Below are positions 10,697 through 23,325 of a DNA stretch of 54,355 bases, one piece after another; position 1 is the stretch's first letter; each line of letters opens with the position of its first letter. The stretch spans positions 1-54,355 of the forward strand of contig JAQGDQ010001221.1 of assembly GCA_030141605.1 (NCBI GenBank). The letters are read 5' to 3'. Source of the stretch: Tubiluchus corallicola. Taxonomy: Eukaryota > Animalia > Priapulida. The translations under genes and the position numbers were made by a program. Under the pieces are notes generated by a model that saw only the letters and a program-made list of their open reading frames with translations, did not search any database and was not told where the DNA came from.

Positions 10697-12244
10697 ATGT
10701 TTACGTGGCAAATTTGCCGACAAAATCTAAGATTCGGCTGTAGGACGTACGTGAGAGTACGGTTTGCTCCTAGTCCAACTGGTCAAATTCATCTTGGTGG
10801 TTTACGAACAGCTTTGTATAATTATTTGTTTGCAAAGTCACAAAACGGAAAATTTATATTACGAATAGAAGATACAGACCAGACAAGGCTGGTGCCTGGT
10901 GCTATAGAAGACCTACAAGAAATGCTGTCATGGTGCGGTTTAATTCCGGACGAAGGACCGTCACATTCAGGAAAACATGGACCATATTTACAGTCGCAAA
11001 GACTACCTTTATACCAGCAAAAAGTAAAAGAACTGATAAAAAACGAAACAGCGTACTACTGTTTTTGCACAGAGCAGAGGCTTAATTTGATTCGGAAAGA
11101 GGCCCTGAAAAATCGTGAGACACCAAAGTATGACAACAAGTGCAGGAATTTGAGCAATAGAGATGTTTTGGAAAAATTATCACACGGGACACAGTACTGT
11201 GTTAGATTTAAACTTAATCACTTGGAGACATTCAATGACCTTATTCATGGCACTATAAATCATGATGTCGCTGATGTTGAGGGTGATCCAGTGATCATGA
11301 AAACTGATGGATACCCAACGTATCATTTTGCAAATGTAGTAGATGATCACTTCATGGAAATAACACATGTACTGCGTGGAATAGAATGGCAGTCATCAAC
11401 CGTGAAACATTTACTTTTGTACAGAGCATTTGGTTGGGTGCCACCTCAGTTTGCGCATTTACCATTACTACTAAACAAAGATGGTAGTAAGTTGTCCAAA
11501 CGACAGGATGATTTACATGTTCACCAATTAAAGTTAAATGGTTACTTTCCCGAGTCTATATTAAATTTCATCACTAATTCAGGAGGTGGTTTTGGTAGAA
11601 CTAGCAAAGTTGTTTATTCATTGCCAGAACTGGGCGGGCGATTTCAGCTAAGTAAAGTAAACACAAACTCTAGTCGGCTGAATTTTGATCAGCTAAAGAG
11701 ACTAAACCGTCAGTTTATTCAGCAGCAGTTACTGCGGTCAGGTGATGACCAGCAGGAATTGATCAGTTTAACAAAAAACTATGTACAAGAAAAGTTTGCT
11801 GATAGATTGCCAGAAGTTACTGAATCTCAGGCAAACACATTCACTGATGAGTATGTCGGAAGCGTTTTAGATTGCTTGTCATCAAGAATATATTCACTAA
11901 ATGATTTAGTCGAACCTCAAATGGAATTTATTTGGTTCGCTCCACAACAGATCAAGACCAAAAGCATTCAAACACCTGGCAATACCCCTAGTGAACTTCT
12001 GGGTGTTGCTGTTAAATACTGTGAATCTATGCCTAAAGAAGAATTTGTGAAAGACAACATTAACTTATCGCTTAGAAATTTTTGCAAGCAGAATCATATG
12101 CATTACAGTTCTTGTATGAAGCTTATACGTTCTGCTTTGAGTGGACTGAGTCAAGGTCCTAGTGTCGCAGAAATGCTTGAACTGCTGGGCAAAGAAAACA
12201 GCATACGAAGGTTAAAGGCGGCAGCAGAGCAGCTGCTGTGGTAA
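10697..12244 (+). CDS. EARS2: Mitochondrial glutamate--tRNA ligase, 515 aa, single coding exon
   Basis: VRVRFAPSPTG-HLGG (HIGH), LRIEDTDQ, PTYHFANVVDD, LSKR (KMSKS), anticodon-binding C-terminus. Short Arg-rich N-terminus. In-frame TAA at 10670 fixes ATG 10697; likely 5'-UTR splice acceptor ttttcttttgcag ends at 10613. Confidence 0.93.
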   Translation: MFTWQICRQNLRFGCRTYVRVRFAPSPTGQIHLGGLRTALYNYLFAKSQNGKFILRIEDTDQTRLVPGAIEDLQEMLSWCGLIPDEGPSHSGKHGPYLQSQRLPLYQQKVKELIKNETAYYCFCTEQRLNLIRKEALKNRETPKYDNKCRNLSNRDVLEKLSHGTQYCVRFKLNHLETFNDLIHGTINHDVADVEGDPVIMKTDGYPTYHFANVVDDHFMEITHVLRGIEWQSSTVKHLLLYRAFGWVPPQFAHLPLLLNKDGSKLSKRQDDLHVHQLKLNGYFPESILNFITNSGGGFGRTSKVVYSLPELGGRFQLSKVNTNSSRLNFDQLKRLNRQFIQQQLLRSGDDQQELISLTKNYVQEKFADRLPEVTESQANTFTDEYVGSVLDCLSSRIYSLNDLVEPQMEFIWFAPQQIKTKSIQTPGNTPSELLGVAVKYCESMPKEEFVKDNINLSLRNFCKQNHMHYSSCMKLIRSALSGLSQGPSVAEMLELLGKENSIRRLKAAAEQLLW

Positions 12245-13319
12245 ATGCTTTTAAGTTAATCAATAAGTTGCTTGAAAACAGTATTGTTTGTACTGTAATA
12301 TTTAGCATTGTTGTAAATGACTAAATTGATTTTAATTACAATCCATAGTTTTATTGACATCGTTTACACGTTTTACAACAGGTGATGCTACTTATGTGTT
12401 CTTTGTGCCTAAGTTACAAGTAATGTGTGAAATTCAGACATTTTATATAATTTCTATGTAATCTAATGGATACCTGCTTTTAAAAAAGTGTCAGATAAAT
12501 CTCTGCTATGTGGACTTTAACACTTTACCTAGGCATTTTATATAATAACAAGTAATACAGTAATATACCGGTACTTGTAGATTTTTTATGTATGCCTTAC
12601 AAAAGCTCATCCTAAGTACAATGGAGAAAATAATAGTCAGAGTAATGAGCAGAGAGTTGTAACTAATAAATAACTAATAAAATATTGTGTTATAAAACAT
12701 CATAATTCCTATCTCATTGTGCATCTCAAGCATGTAGGAGAGACTCTTTCACACTTCACTTAGACGGTTTGTATAACAGCTAGTCTTTATATAAAATGCA
12801 TAAAATAAACATATTTTATGTTGAATCAAACTTTACCTAAGTATTTTATATATTACCCATGCATTTTTGTAAGGAATGCATAAAACAATTTAGTCAATGT
12901 ACTAAACAGAAAAGCAAGCTGTTTAGGTAAGCAAATGAGTTAATTGTTTTATTCGCAATGGGTGCAACATCACCATCTCTAACATGGTGCCCATTAGTGC
13001 CCAATGATATGGATCTAGGAAGCATGGGGCTGAATTCTTGTGCAGCAGGGACATTCTTTAGCAGTGTGCATTGATTCATTAAGCCAGTTTATGTAAAAAG
13101 CTTAAATTTATTTGTAACTTTACGCAAAGCTTAGAGCTTGCATAAATTCAGTTTTGCTTGTTGCGCATAGTATGAATGGCTGTGATTGGTGTTGTCATGA
13201 AGATAAAGTTAAACCTTTTGCAAAGCGATTTTCAAATTTCAATTTTCAAATTGTAGCCAGCACAGCAGGCCATAAGGCTTGCATCTCTCTCTCCATGCGC
13301 ACGGCCATCTACTTTTTTT

Positions 13320-13397
13320 CTATCTGTCTGCCTATCTATCTATCTATCTATTTAGCTATCTATCTATTTATCTACTCTCTATATCTATTTATCTATC
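13320..13397. repeat. Imperfect (TCTA)n microsatellite
   Basis: Direct reading. Confidence 0.9.
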
Positions 13398-13620
13398 GAA
13401 CCTTATAGAACTTTGGATAACGGCTACGGGTATGGGAGTGAGTACGAAGTGTGAAGAACCTGTCAGCATATATATCTTCGATGGCATGAACAATCTCATA
13501 GGTTTTCAACATCTTTGCTTGTTTCCGTCCATACTGCAGGTTAGATACGGAGGCAACGAAGTCACTATTCTTATGAAAGTTTGTGCAAACCATAATGCCA
13601 TACACATATTTCGTGGCTCT
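13393..13620 (-). mobile_element. Decayed CR1-type LINE ORF2 C-terminal fragment
   Basis: LQYGRKQAKMLKTYEIVHAIEDIYADRFFTLRTHSHTR..KFYK resembles the CR1 C-terminus (LEYRRxRGDMIxxYKI..FF..TRGH..KLYK). Confidence 0.55.
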
Positions 13621-14846
13621 TCTTTGTACATTTTCGATCGCGTTTTAGAAATTGAGAAATCCAGTTTTAAAGATTTACCGCAAGAGAAAAAAATGACTCC
13701 TAGAATGTGCACTCTCTAGCTGCATTTTCAAAGGGTTGGGATTCTTTCAATGTTCATTTGTGTTTTCAATGTCTCGCCTGTTTCAGAACCTGCGACTAAG
13801 GCCCCTCCTGGATCTCTTTGCTATAACATCGGATATATTTATCAAGGTGTGATGCCGGACCTAGCTTGTTAAGGTTCAAAGTTGTGGTTGACTTTTGAAT
13901 GGACAAGACGCTGACTGCTTGTCGTCACAACGCCTGGATGCATGTCGATGCTATCGTTGGATGACTCACTTTGGCCCAAGACAAAATTCAATTCAATATG
14001 TGTCAGGTTCACACCACTTCCTTCTCTACATCTTTTGGTCTCAGAAGGAGGCGTCAACGTTGTGTGCAACTTAATTATGTCTACTTTCGAAAATGACGTC
14101 CGGCTGCTTGTACCTGAGATCGAGAGATGCATCTTATTGGCAAGGAATACCCTCGGCCGCTTGGCTTCGTCCTGATCCAGCAACCACATCTAGCTGATGA
14201 CTATATTCTGACTAGCGAACTTCGGACTTTTGTGGGTTCTACTCACGCCTGGATTCCTTCCGTTAAAACCGCCTGTGCAATATACCCGGAATCGGGATCT
14301 TGGTCACCATTGAAGACTACACCAGACGGCGCAAAACTTAACGCTAGTGATCACCGTCACGATTCAATGCAACCTGCTTCTCTTTTGCCACGGCACATCT
14401 AAATCATAAGCGATGCAAACAGAAGGAAATCGTGAATAGTGGTTACATGGTCGAAATATGAATGCAGATAAAAATAGATTTATTATAACTAATATCCTAG
14501 TGATAGAAGGTACTTTTCTTTTTGAAGCGCCCCAAGCGTATAACGTTATGGTTAACAGGGAATTTGAGGGAACTGATATTCTGGTAATGGACTCCACGAA
14601 AGAGAGCCAAAGAAAAACGTGGATTTGGATTTAACAATGAATAATGTTGTTACAAGTATAAGGAAGGAAGGGTCTGAAAGTACTTGGCACAATTTTTGTT
14701 TGGCACAAACCCGATTTCTGTGAGCGATTTTTATTCAACGCTATTGGGCGCATTGAAATTTTCTTATTTGGAGCATTTGCCCTGTCCCGATTTTGTCCGA
14801 GTTACGTAGGATTAATGTAGGCCGACAGCCCAACCCAACTAAGAAA

Positions 14847-15374
14847 ATTTTTGTTGCAATTTGCTTCAGAGCCAAGGAATTTTAATAAAAACCAGGAAGT
14901 ATGTAAGAACATTAATTCACTTCTGGACAAAGTAACCTAGGATCATTTTAGAATGTAGGCGAAAGTGTCACAGGTAAAAGTGGCACAGAAAGAAACGGAT
15001 CAGTAAAAATGGCATATTCCATTTGTGCCCTTTTTCTTGTGCCATTTTTTCTGTGCTATTTTACCGTACCATTTTGCTCCATTTTTGCCGTGTACCGCCA
15101 CCTTAACATTATTTTTGTTGCAATTTGCTTCAGAGCCAAGGAATTTTAATAAAAACCAGGAAGTATGTAAGAACATTAATTCACTTCTGGACAAAGTAAC
15201 CTAGGATCATTTTAGAATGTAGGCGAAAGTGTCACAGGTAAAAGTGGCACAGAAAGAAACGGATCAGTAAAAATGGCATATTCCATTTGTGCCCTTTTTC
15301 TTGTGCCATTTTTTCTGTGCTATTTTACCGTACCATTTTGCTCCATTTTTGCCGTGTACCGCCACCTTAACATT
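14847..15374. repeat. Apparently perfect 264-bp tandem duplication containing a palindromic MITE-like element
   Basis: 14847-15110 matches 15111-15374; each copy has aaaaatggca/tggcacag motifs facing tgccatttt/ctgtgc motifs. Confidence 0.9.
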
Positions 15375-17088
15375 GCTCAGAATATCTCTGAAACATGTTA
15401 CAAATAGAATACGTTTCAAATTTGCATGGAAAAACAGTGGGCCTAAATTAACTCAGTGTAACTTGAATTTAGCCTAGGGCATGTTCTTTAATAAAACACC
15501 TAAACATTGCAAGTACCAATGTTCGCGGTTACTGAAAGTGGTTCAGGAAGTTGAGCTTTTTTATGATGCGTTGTTAGAATTTATTCCGGTTTTTGACTTA
15601 TTCGTACCTGATAGTTGACCGCGCCTTAGAATCGATTTTCCTAACTTCTTTCCTCTTTTTCACTTGAAATGCTTTTCAAGAAATTCCCTGACCTCTGGTT
15701 ATTTCTCCTCATTTACGTTCTATACTGTAGGGAATTTTAAAAAGGTGACTGTAATTTACTCAAGTTTATTTAAAACTGCAAAAATTTGCCCACCATAAGC
15801 ACTATCGCCAACTAAACCCGGTCAAAATTATCATTAATATTAATTTATTTACTAAATTTGCTAACTATTAAAAAGTGTACATTTCACATTAAAAAGCTTT
15901 CTAAATATTAGTCACTGCGTTCGACATTGCACAAAACATGCAGAGACTGCTGCCGGAGCATTTAATTTCAGTCGGGTGAAAAAAGATGTAATCGATTGTG
16001 CCACCCTCGCTGCTAAAAAGAAAGGTTTGCAGCCGCTGATACACCAAAATCCTGTAGATACAAAATAGTTGCTAGTATTAAACCACCAGTGAAACACATT
16101 TTACCGGTAAAGTTGTACATTGCTAAAAACACTAAACGCAACTGGCATTTTCTACAAGTACAATGCAAATATTAATTTTTGTCAGCATGCCCTCTGCAGT
16201 CTCTGCTAATGGATCACACCTTTCTCGGCTTTTTGCCAAGCTTAGCCTTTGCTCGTGTTTCAGGACTTGGAAGCCTGAGAAAAAAAGAGCTTGAACAAGA
16301 TTTTAATGTAAGATTTTATCATTTGTATACATGCTATTTGTCAACTATGGATGCCTGTATAATTATGTAAACTAACAATGTTACTACTGTTATTATTATT
16401 TCAACTGTGCTGTGTCTATATATCGACAAAATATCAGCGCAGTTTGTTATTTTCACTTTTGTTTCATTTTTTCTTTTTTATTGCATTCATTTGTTCTCCT
16501 TTTTTGTTTATTTTCCTCCATTTGACACAAGCCATTATAATTGTGATTGTTATCCAATGTCTAGGATATTGTGTAGCACTACGAAGTTGAACTTTATTTG
16601 ACAGCACAGGAATAGGGAACATCTTAAGAGATCAAGATAAATTTTATTTAATGTCGATCATTTACATAAACAACATGAGTTAATCGACTTGTCTTTTGTA
16701 TACTAACCTTTAGCACCGACCTTTGGTCACTGTTGCCTCTATGTACAATAGAAATTTAAAGCGTTGAGCGGAATTACATTTACATTCAACGCTCTCTTCC
16801 ATAAAACAGCTTTTAATTATATAGGCCTATTTACAATTTACTGTTCAAATTAGAGTGCTGAATTTTGGATAACTTAAAAAAACATGACGGATTCGTGAAA
16901 GGCGACATGCGTGGTAGTGAACTGGAGTAACAACAACGTCCCAGTTGTAATTCGGCCTAGAGCAAACAAATATTAAAGTCAATCCGACTTGCTTACTTGT
17001 TTACCTGCTAGCGTCCTGTGATACTTTGAAAATGGAAACTGCTTCCTATTAATTTTGATGATTATTAAGACATCATTATTAAGCAGAC

Positions 17089-20000
17089 ATGCAAGGCGAT
17101 GACGTAATACCTGCAGAAGATGGTGGGTATGGATGGGTGTGCGTGGTTGCTGGATTCATAGCCCGATTTCTCCTTTCCGGACAGATCAGATCGTTTGGAA
17201 TTCTTTTAACGCCCTTAATGAATGCGTTTAACAGCACAGCAGCATTAACTGTGTGGATAAATGGCATCACGTTTTCGTTTTCGTTTATGTTCTGTAAGTA
17301 ACATTTTCTTTTTTATGTCCAAATTTCATAAAATAAAAAAGTGTTTTTCGTGAGGATCAGTTAAATATTGTTTTACCACTGATGTTTATTACCGTTTTTA
17401 GTTTTGAAGTTACTGTGCATTGGTGTTACACTGTTACAATTGCGTATTATGCTTCTGTTTCTTTGAAACTTCAATATAGTCAGCGTACTGTTAGCTGATT
17501 CTTTTACCTTTCTAAATTACTACAGACGTGCCTTTGTCCTTCTACTTAATTTACACTGCAAGGATCAACGTAGCGATGGTTTCGACTTCAGCAGTACTGC
17601 ACACCTGTGACATGTTTACTATTTGCACTACAAAACGCTATAATACGCACTCATACCCTTTAAATAATTGAATTAATTATTTAATTGTCACCAGTTTCGA
17701 CGCAGTCAAGGCTTAAGACCGAAAATGCATTTTACACTGCCTCTTAATTCTCAGTGTGAACCGACTTGTGCCCAAAACTGACTCAAACGTAAATCCCAGA
17801 ATGAACGCTCGGCCTTTTATATTATTCATGTATGATCATTAGTTTTTGTAAGCCCTTCTAATATTTCAGCTCCTCTTACCAGCGCCTTGGTGAACAGGTT
17901 CGGCCATTCGAAAGTAATTTGCTTGGGAGGTTTCGTTGCTGGGTGTGGCTTGACACTTTCTTACATCGTGATAGACCTTTGGTTTTTGTTCATTACGTAT
18001 GGATTTTTACTTGGTAAGTAGGCATGCAAGGCCCTATATACAAAAAGTATTTTAGAAACTTAGTTCGTAATCGTTCTAATTAGGATGCCAACAGTAGCAG
18101 TACGTGACTGCAGATTTCCAAGTAATTTTCATGCGTTAGTGCACGTGACATTGTGAAACAGAGTATAAACTAATTACAATACCGTAACAGCGATTCATTA
18201 TTCTAGGAACGTCAGACAGTGTGCAGGTTGTAATGTAAATTTAACATAGCAACATTTTATCTTATTTTGCAGGCATCGGTTGTGGTTTAACTTTCAATCC
18301 AGTCATCTCAATTATACCTCTTTACTTCAAGAAAAGATTATCATCAGCATTAGGACTATTAGCAATGGGATCAATTGCTGGTGGGGCAGCGTTTCCTTTC
18401 CTTGTGGATTATTTTTTAAATGAATTCAGCTGGAATGGATCATTGCTAATATCTGGAGGAATAATTTTCAATGTTTGTGCTATGGGACTACTGATAAAAG
18501 CACCTAAGGCTCGTAAACTAAACCCAGAAATTTACGAGATATCAAATAACAGTGAGAATGAAGTGTCAGACAAAACTAATGATAAGCAATTCAAGTTTCA
18601 CTGGGAAGTGTTTCGAGACAAAAGATTCATCACTTACATAGTGCTAATCGGTGCAAATCTTGGCTACTTTCAAGTTTTTGCATTGCTGCCCATAAAGACT
18701 GAAGAATTAGAAGATACCGCTCTCAGTGGCGCTGCTTCTGTGACTGCCCTTGCGTTTGCAGATGTTGTCACTAGAATGTTGTGGGCTTTTCTTTGGGATG
18801 TTGGTGTCATGCGTGAACACCAATTAAGACAGTTGTCAATGGCAGTGCTATGTTTAATATGTGGCGTAGTGTTGATATGTGTTGGACTAACATCAAAAGA
18901 TCTATCATTTATAATTGCAGTGTTGTTGATGGGCGTTTTGATGAGTGGTACCACTTCTTTAATATCCCCAATGCTTGCAGATCTCGTGGGTCCTGTTAAG
19001 TTTGGCAGTGCATTTGGATCTGTATTTTTCTTTCAAGCAATAGCGATGCTCATTTTGCCAGTAATTACAGGTAATAAATTAGAAGTGCACACAGTAGAGC
19101 ACAGAGCTCTGCTAAGGATTACCGAAGTATTTTGTAATAATTAAACTGCACAGCTGCTTGTTTAAATATTAAGAAGTCACTAGTAATCATTGTTCTGATG
19201 TCTTACTGCATCTAGAATGTAACCCTTTATTTAATCATGGATGCCAAAATCCACTTTTCGACCCACTAATTAGTATGGAAGCAAAAAACTTGGGTCCTTT
19301 ATCTCCTCAGGTTACTTGAGCATAACACCAAGGAAAAAAGCAAGAACAACAATTTTTCTGCAAATTGCTCAACTAAGCTGCAATTTTTATAGCTTTGTTG
19401 GATGCTATATGGCATGTTCGTACAAACATAGCGCTGCTAGTTTGTTACGCAGATGAGCAGTTGGTCTCCCCATCTAGCAGCTAAAACTCTAAACATTATT
19501 TTACTGTTACTTCGCTACACAGTTTTTTTATAAAATGATGTTATGCAATAGTCTATTAGCCTTCTAGATACTTTAGTAGTGTGTCAGTTCTTTAGGCAAT
19601 CCAGAGCAAATAAGCTTATTCCACAACCCCAGCCATCTATTATAAAACTACGTTATATTTAAAACCCTCAATTTTACTGTTTAAAGTTGGCTTAAGGAAA
19701 TTTATATATTATACCTACTTAATCAAACAACCAAATTTTGATTTAACAGTGTCAATGATAATAAAATCTTCATAATATAGCATTAAGCTGCTGCAGTTTC
19801 TATGGTGTTCATTCGACAGCAAGCTATTAGTATTTAAATGTTTCCGTGGCCAACAGCTTAGATTTCTCTTAGTCTGCCTTATGAAGAAATTGCCATAACT
19901 ATAGCACGAAAATTTATAAACTTATAAATTTATAAACTGCATTGGCAGGAACAAGAGCACACGTGATAGAAGTATTTTCATGAGTCACTCAACCAGACGT

Positions 20001-22612
20001 TGCTTCTGTTACTGGATGAAATCTTTCAAAGATACCGATTCTGTAACTCCTGATGATGTTCTTTTGATATTAATTCTTTTAAAAGGCTCTTGAGCTGTCA
20101 GTCGCAAATCAGTACATTGTTTTGTAATGGTAAAAAGTGTTCATGCAAGTTGATGGAGTTGCTATGGGTTCTCTACTTGGACCATTTCTCGACAATTTTT
20201 ATCTTTCACGTCTTGAGATAAGTATTATTTGTACCATCTTTGTGTCGTTGTTATGTTGATGACACCTTCTTAGTGCTTAAGCAAAATGAAAATATAACTC
20301 TTCTCAGGACATTTCCCAGTGTTACGTATAGAGATGTCTGACATTACTTAGTGTCATTCTAAGTTCCATGTCGGCAAATAATTTTAATACTCAGATATAA
20401 ACTCTTTGACAAGTAGAACAGTTGAGGTTTCCAGTTCCCAGAAGCTTTTATGAATGAAATTAATAAGATTCGTAATTTCTTTTCTTCTTCAAAAGTACAT
20501 GATTACCAATCCGTTAAAAGTAAAAATGTCAGTTTTCTTTGTACGACACGTTGTCGCCAACATTTTAAGCACCCTGACAAACTTACCATTAAGTATATTA
20601 TTTTTGTAAATAATCACTGTTTGTATGTGTCTTTTCTGATGAGTGAGAAAAGCGCCTGCTTTTGGTCCTGTCGTTATTATGATTATGCACAAGCAGCACA
20701 ACTTATAAATTTTCGTGCCTTAGTTGTCGCAATTCCTACTAAGGCAGACTAAGAGAAATCTAAGCGTCGGGCACTGGAACGTTATAAATGCTAATCGCTC
20801 ACTGTCGATTGTTAAAACATCGTAAAACTGCAACTCATTAATGCGATAAGAAGATTTTATTGTCAGATACACTGCTAAATCAAAGTTTGATTGTTTGCTT
20901 AAGGAGACATCTATGATAAACTTCCTTAAGGCAACTTTGAACAGTAAAATTAAAGATGATAAAAATAATGTATGGTTGAGATGGTGGGAAATACCCTAAT
21001 ATTCTGGATTGTCATTGAAGCAGTTTGTGCATTTTAGAATTCTTTTGATTTTAAAAATAATATGCATATGTGAATACCGAAACGTTACCTTTATATTTTA
21101 TACATTCCAAGCGAGAATGCTCTGAAATAGAACTATGAAATAACTCATTGTGGTTCAATCTGCTGGACATGTTAACAAAAAAGGCTTATCCTGCATTGTA
21201 GTTCAATTCCCTCTGATTCAAGAAAGGCATAAAAGTCCCTCTAAGACCAACAAATATTTTTCTACACTGGTCAGGTTTGTCAAGTTTGTTGGTTTTTCGC
21301 CACACCCTCAATTCCCTTCCTTTCCTCCTGGATGTTCCCAAAATTGCATCAAAATTGAAGGCATTCTCCCTTGCCAGATGACAAGCCACTCCACAAAATT
21401 TCGTGAAAATCGGTAGAGTAGTTATTGATTAACAACGAAACGGGTACGAAAACATAATCGCTTCCCTAAAGGGGAAGAAAGGGGGATTTCAAAGTAAATA
21501 TCAAAGAACTTTCCGAACAAGGTTATATTACCTATCGTTACGATTACCAGTTTGAAAAAGTTATGTATTTGGAAAAGAAAATTCTCAATAATTTAAAATA
21601 TTCGTTCCATCGGGTGAAACGGCAATGGAACGCCATTCCAGGGTGCACCACTGTTTCACCAAAATACACTTTATTCTTCTTACTGACAATGCTACGAATG
21701 TACTGACTGTTTTTCAAACTTTACATAATATAACCAAAAGTTGTTTCAAACGACTCACCATTAAAATGGTTGTGCCTTATGATCATCGCGGGAGTTTAAA
21801 TTTACAAGCTTTACACAACGTTACTGCTAGCGCAAGCTCTGTATGCAATAAGACAGCATGTAATCGGATACAAAATTTCGCGAAGAATCTATTTCTTAAC
21901 AGTGTTTTCTTGTGCTTTAACTTTTTACTACTACAAAACTGTTGATACTAAATTTTGTCCGTTTCTGACGAATAAGTCAAATTGCACATATTTTAAAGTA
22001 CTTGCAAATATGATACATTCCAACATTAATGCATATTTTGCCTCACTCGTTCTTCACTCATTTATTGGGGGTTGTTTGTCATTCGTTTCTTCTTTCATTC
22101 CTTTTAAAAATTGCCACGTTGTAGAACTTGTGTACATAAACCAGAGTATGAACTGTAAGAAATACTCAAGTGAATATGGTTTGGTGAATGTTTGGTGAAT
22201 TAGACTATATACTACAGTATTTTAGGTATCGCTCCAAACAACTGTTCCACGATAAGCTGCTGGGAAAGAATGCCTAGATGAATTTTCTGATTTTTTACAC
22301 TTATTGTTTCACAAAAAGTCAGTGCTTGTGTGATAATTAAGGAGCAAACTAGATTAAAATGTTTTTCGTTTGACAGGTTATCTGCTTGATGTTACTGGTA
22401 CGGCTTCTGCGTCTTTGTATTTACTGGGATCAATGTACGTAGCGGGATGTCCTATCTCCTTGTTGTTAATCTACTTTGACAAGAAGTACAAGAATCGAAC
22501 AAGCACTAAGCTGAATCAATTGGGGATAAATGGAACATCAACTGATCAGTTAAATGTTAATGTGAAAAATGAGACGCAAGTTGTCAATTCTACGTACCTC
22601 ACTCGATTTTAA
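17089..22612 (+). CDS. SLC16/monocarboxylate transporter gene A; join(17089..17293,17870..18013,18273..19070,22377..22612), 460 aa
   Basis: DGGYGWV start, SPLTSALVNRFG, YFKKR, D-x3-R in TM8, GYLLDVTG; GT-AG sites join in frame (1383 nt). Confidence 0.9.
19660..19925 (-). mobile_element. Inverted copy of the Penelope 3' (GIY-YIG) segment
   Basis: Reverse complement aligns with 20700-20955, e.g. taaggcagactaagagaaatctaagc. Confidence 0.7.
20075..21090 (+). mobile_element. Decayed Penelope-like element (RT and GIY-YIG remnants) in intron 3 of gene A; second copy at ~36525-37560
   Basis: QVDGVAMGSLLGPFL and YVDDTFLV (20147-20275); YKFSCLSC..SY..RNLSV (20700-20770). Confidence 0.7.
21340..21478 (+). 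mobile_element. HINE/DINE-like (Helentron-associated) 3' end fragment; copy at ~37810-37945
   Basis: aaatttcgtgaaaatcggt..., then aaaacataat followed by hairpin cttccc-taaag-gggaag. Confidence 0.45.
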
Positions 22613-22929
22613 GCATTTTGCGCGCACACAGTGTTCTGGACATTTAAAATCATTTTGTTTGGGCCTAAGGTCTGCACCTATTGTTTAAAGTTAGTTTATT
22701 TTCTGGTTATTTTTAAAATTAAATGTTATTTTTTAAAGTTAAAAAACAATTTTATTTTTAAAGTTAAATGCAACACACAAACTCAGATAAATTTAAACTG
22801 TATTCGATTTTGTTCACTCGGTTTGTTTCTTCCTTTCTTTTTCTTTCACTCACTCTCCTTTTTGTCTTTTCTTTTCACATTTTTTTATTTCTTTTTCTTT
22901 TCTTTTCTTTCTCCTTTTTTAACATGCTT

Positions 22930-23325
22930 TTGTGGACAATCATTGTCTCGTAAAATGTATATTAAACAAAATCTTGCTAGTGTATACAGAATACACCATG
23001 GTTTGATGTAAATATCGTGGGAAGCAGTTTCGTACGAAAAGATTTAATTGATGAGAGGCTACCAAAGGTCCAACTTGAAGAATTACAGCCGAAGCCTTTA
23101 CAATTCAAAGAACAATCATCAATCCACGTTTGTATTCTCAGCTTCGATCTAGATGAGCATCTCCAGCTTCAAGCGAAGAACAAACCCTATGCCTGAACTA
23201 CGTGCAGTTTAAAGAAGTGGCGAATAAGTTCTACTTAATCTAAAAACTTCAAGAACAAACTCCAAGAGCGTCTAGCTGCGTTGTCCAAAATTATTAGTTG
23301 CCAAAGCATTGGTTGGGAAACACTG
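22930..23325 (+). mobile_element. Possible hAT transposon remnant; absent from the duplicate copy
   Basis: Ends in ggttgggaaacactg (hAT-type TIR, reverse complement CAGTGTTTCCCAACC); weak QERLAAL-like peptide just upstream. Confidence 0.35.

Noticed and set aside
10682-12244. Bacterial gltX by horizontal transfer or contamination
   Set aside because: Targeting-like N-terminus, upstream splice acceptor, downstream AATAAA signals and host-like composition fit nuclear EARS2
16218-16245. ttctcggctttttgccaag resembles the U2 snRNA 5' end
   Set aside because: Short and imperfect; no branch-point pairing region GTGTAGTA or Sm site follows
21050-21090. ccgaaacgtt at the Penelope 3' end as a hammerhead ribozyme
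   Set aside because: No upstream CTGANGA core or stem II; at most a decayed relic
20450-22198. Small ORFs conserved in two places (20450/36902, 21150/37602, 21625/38092, 21902/38369)
   Set aside because: Conservation only reflects the recent duplication of intronic and TE-derived DNA
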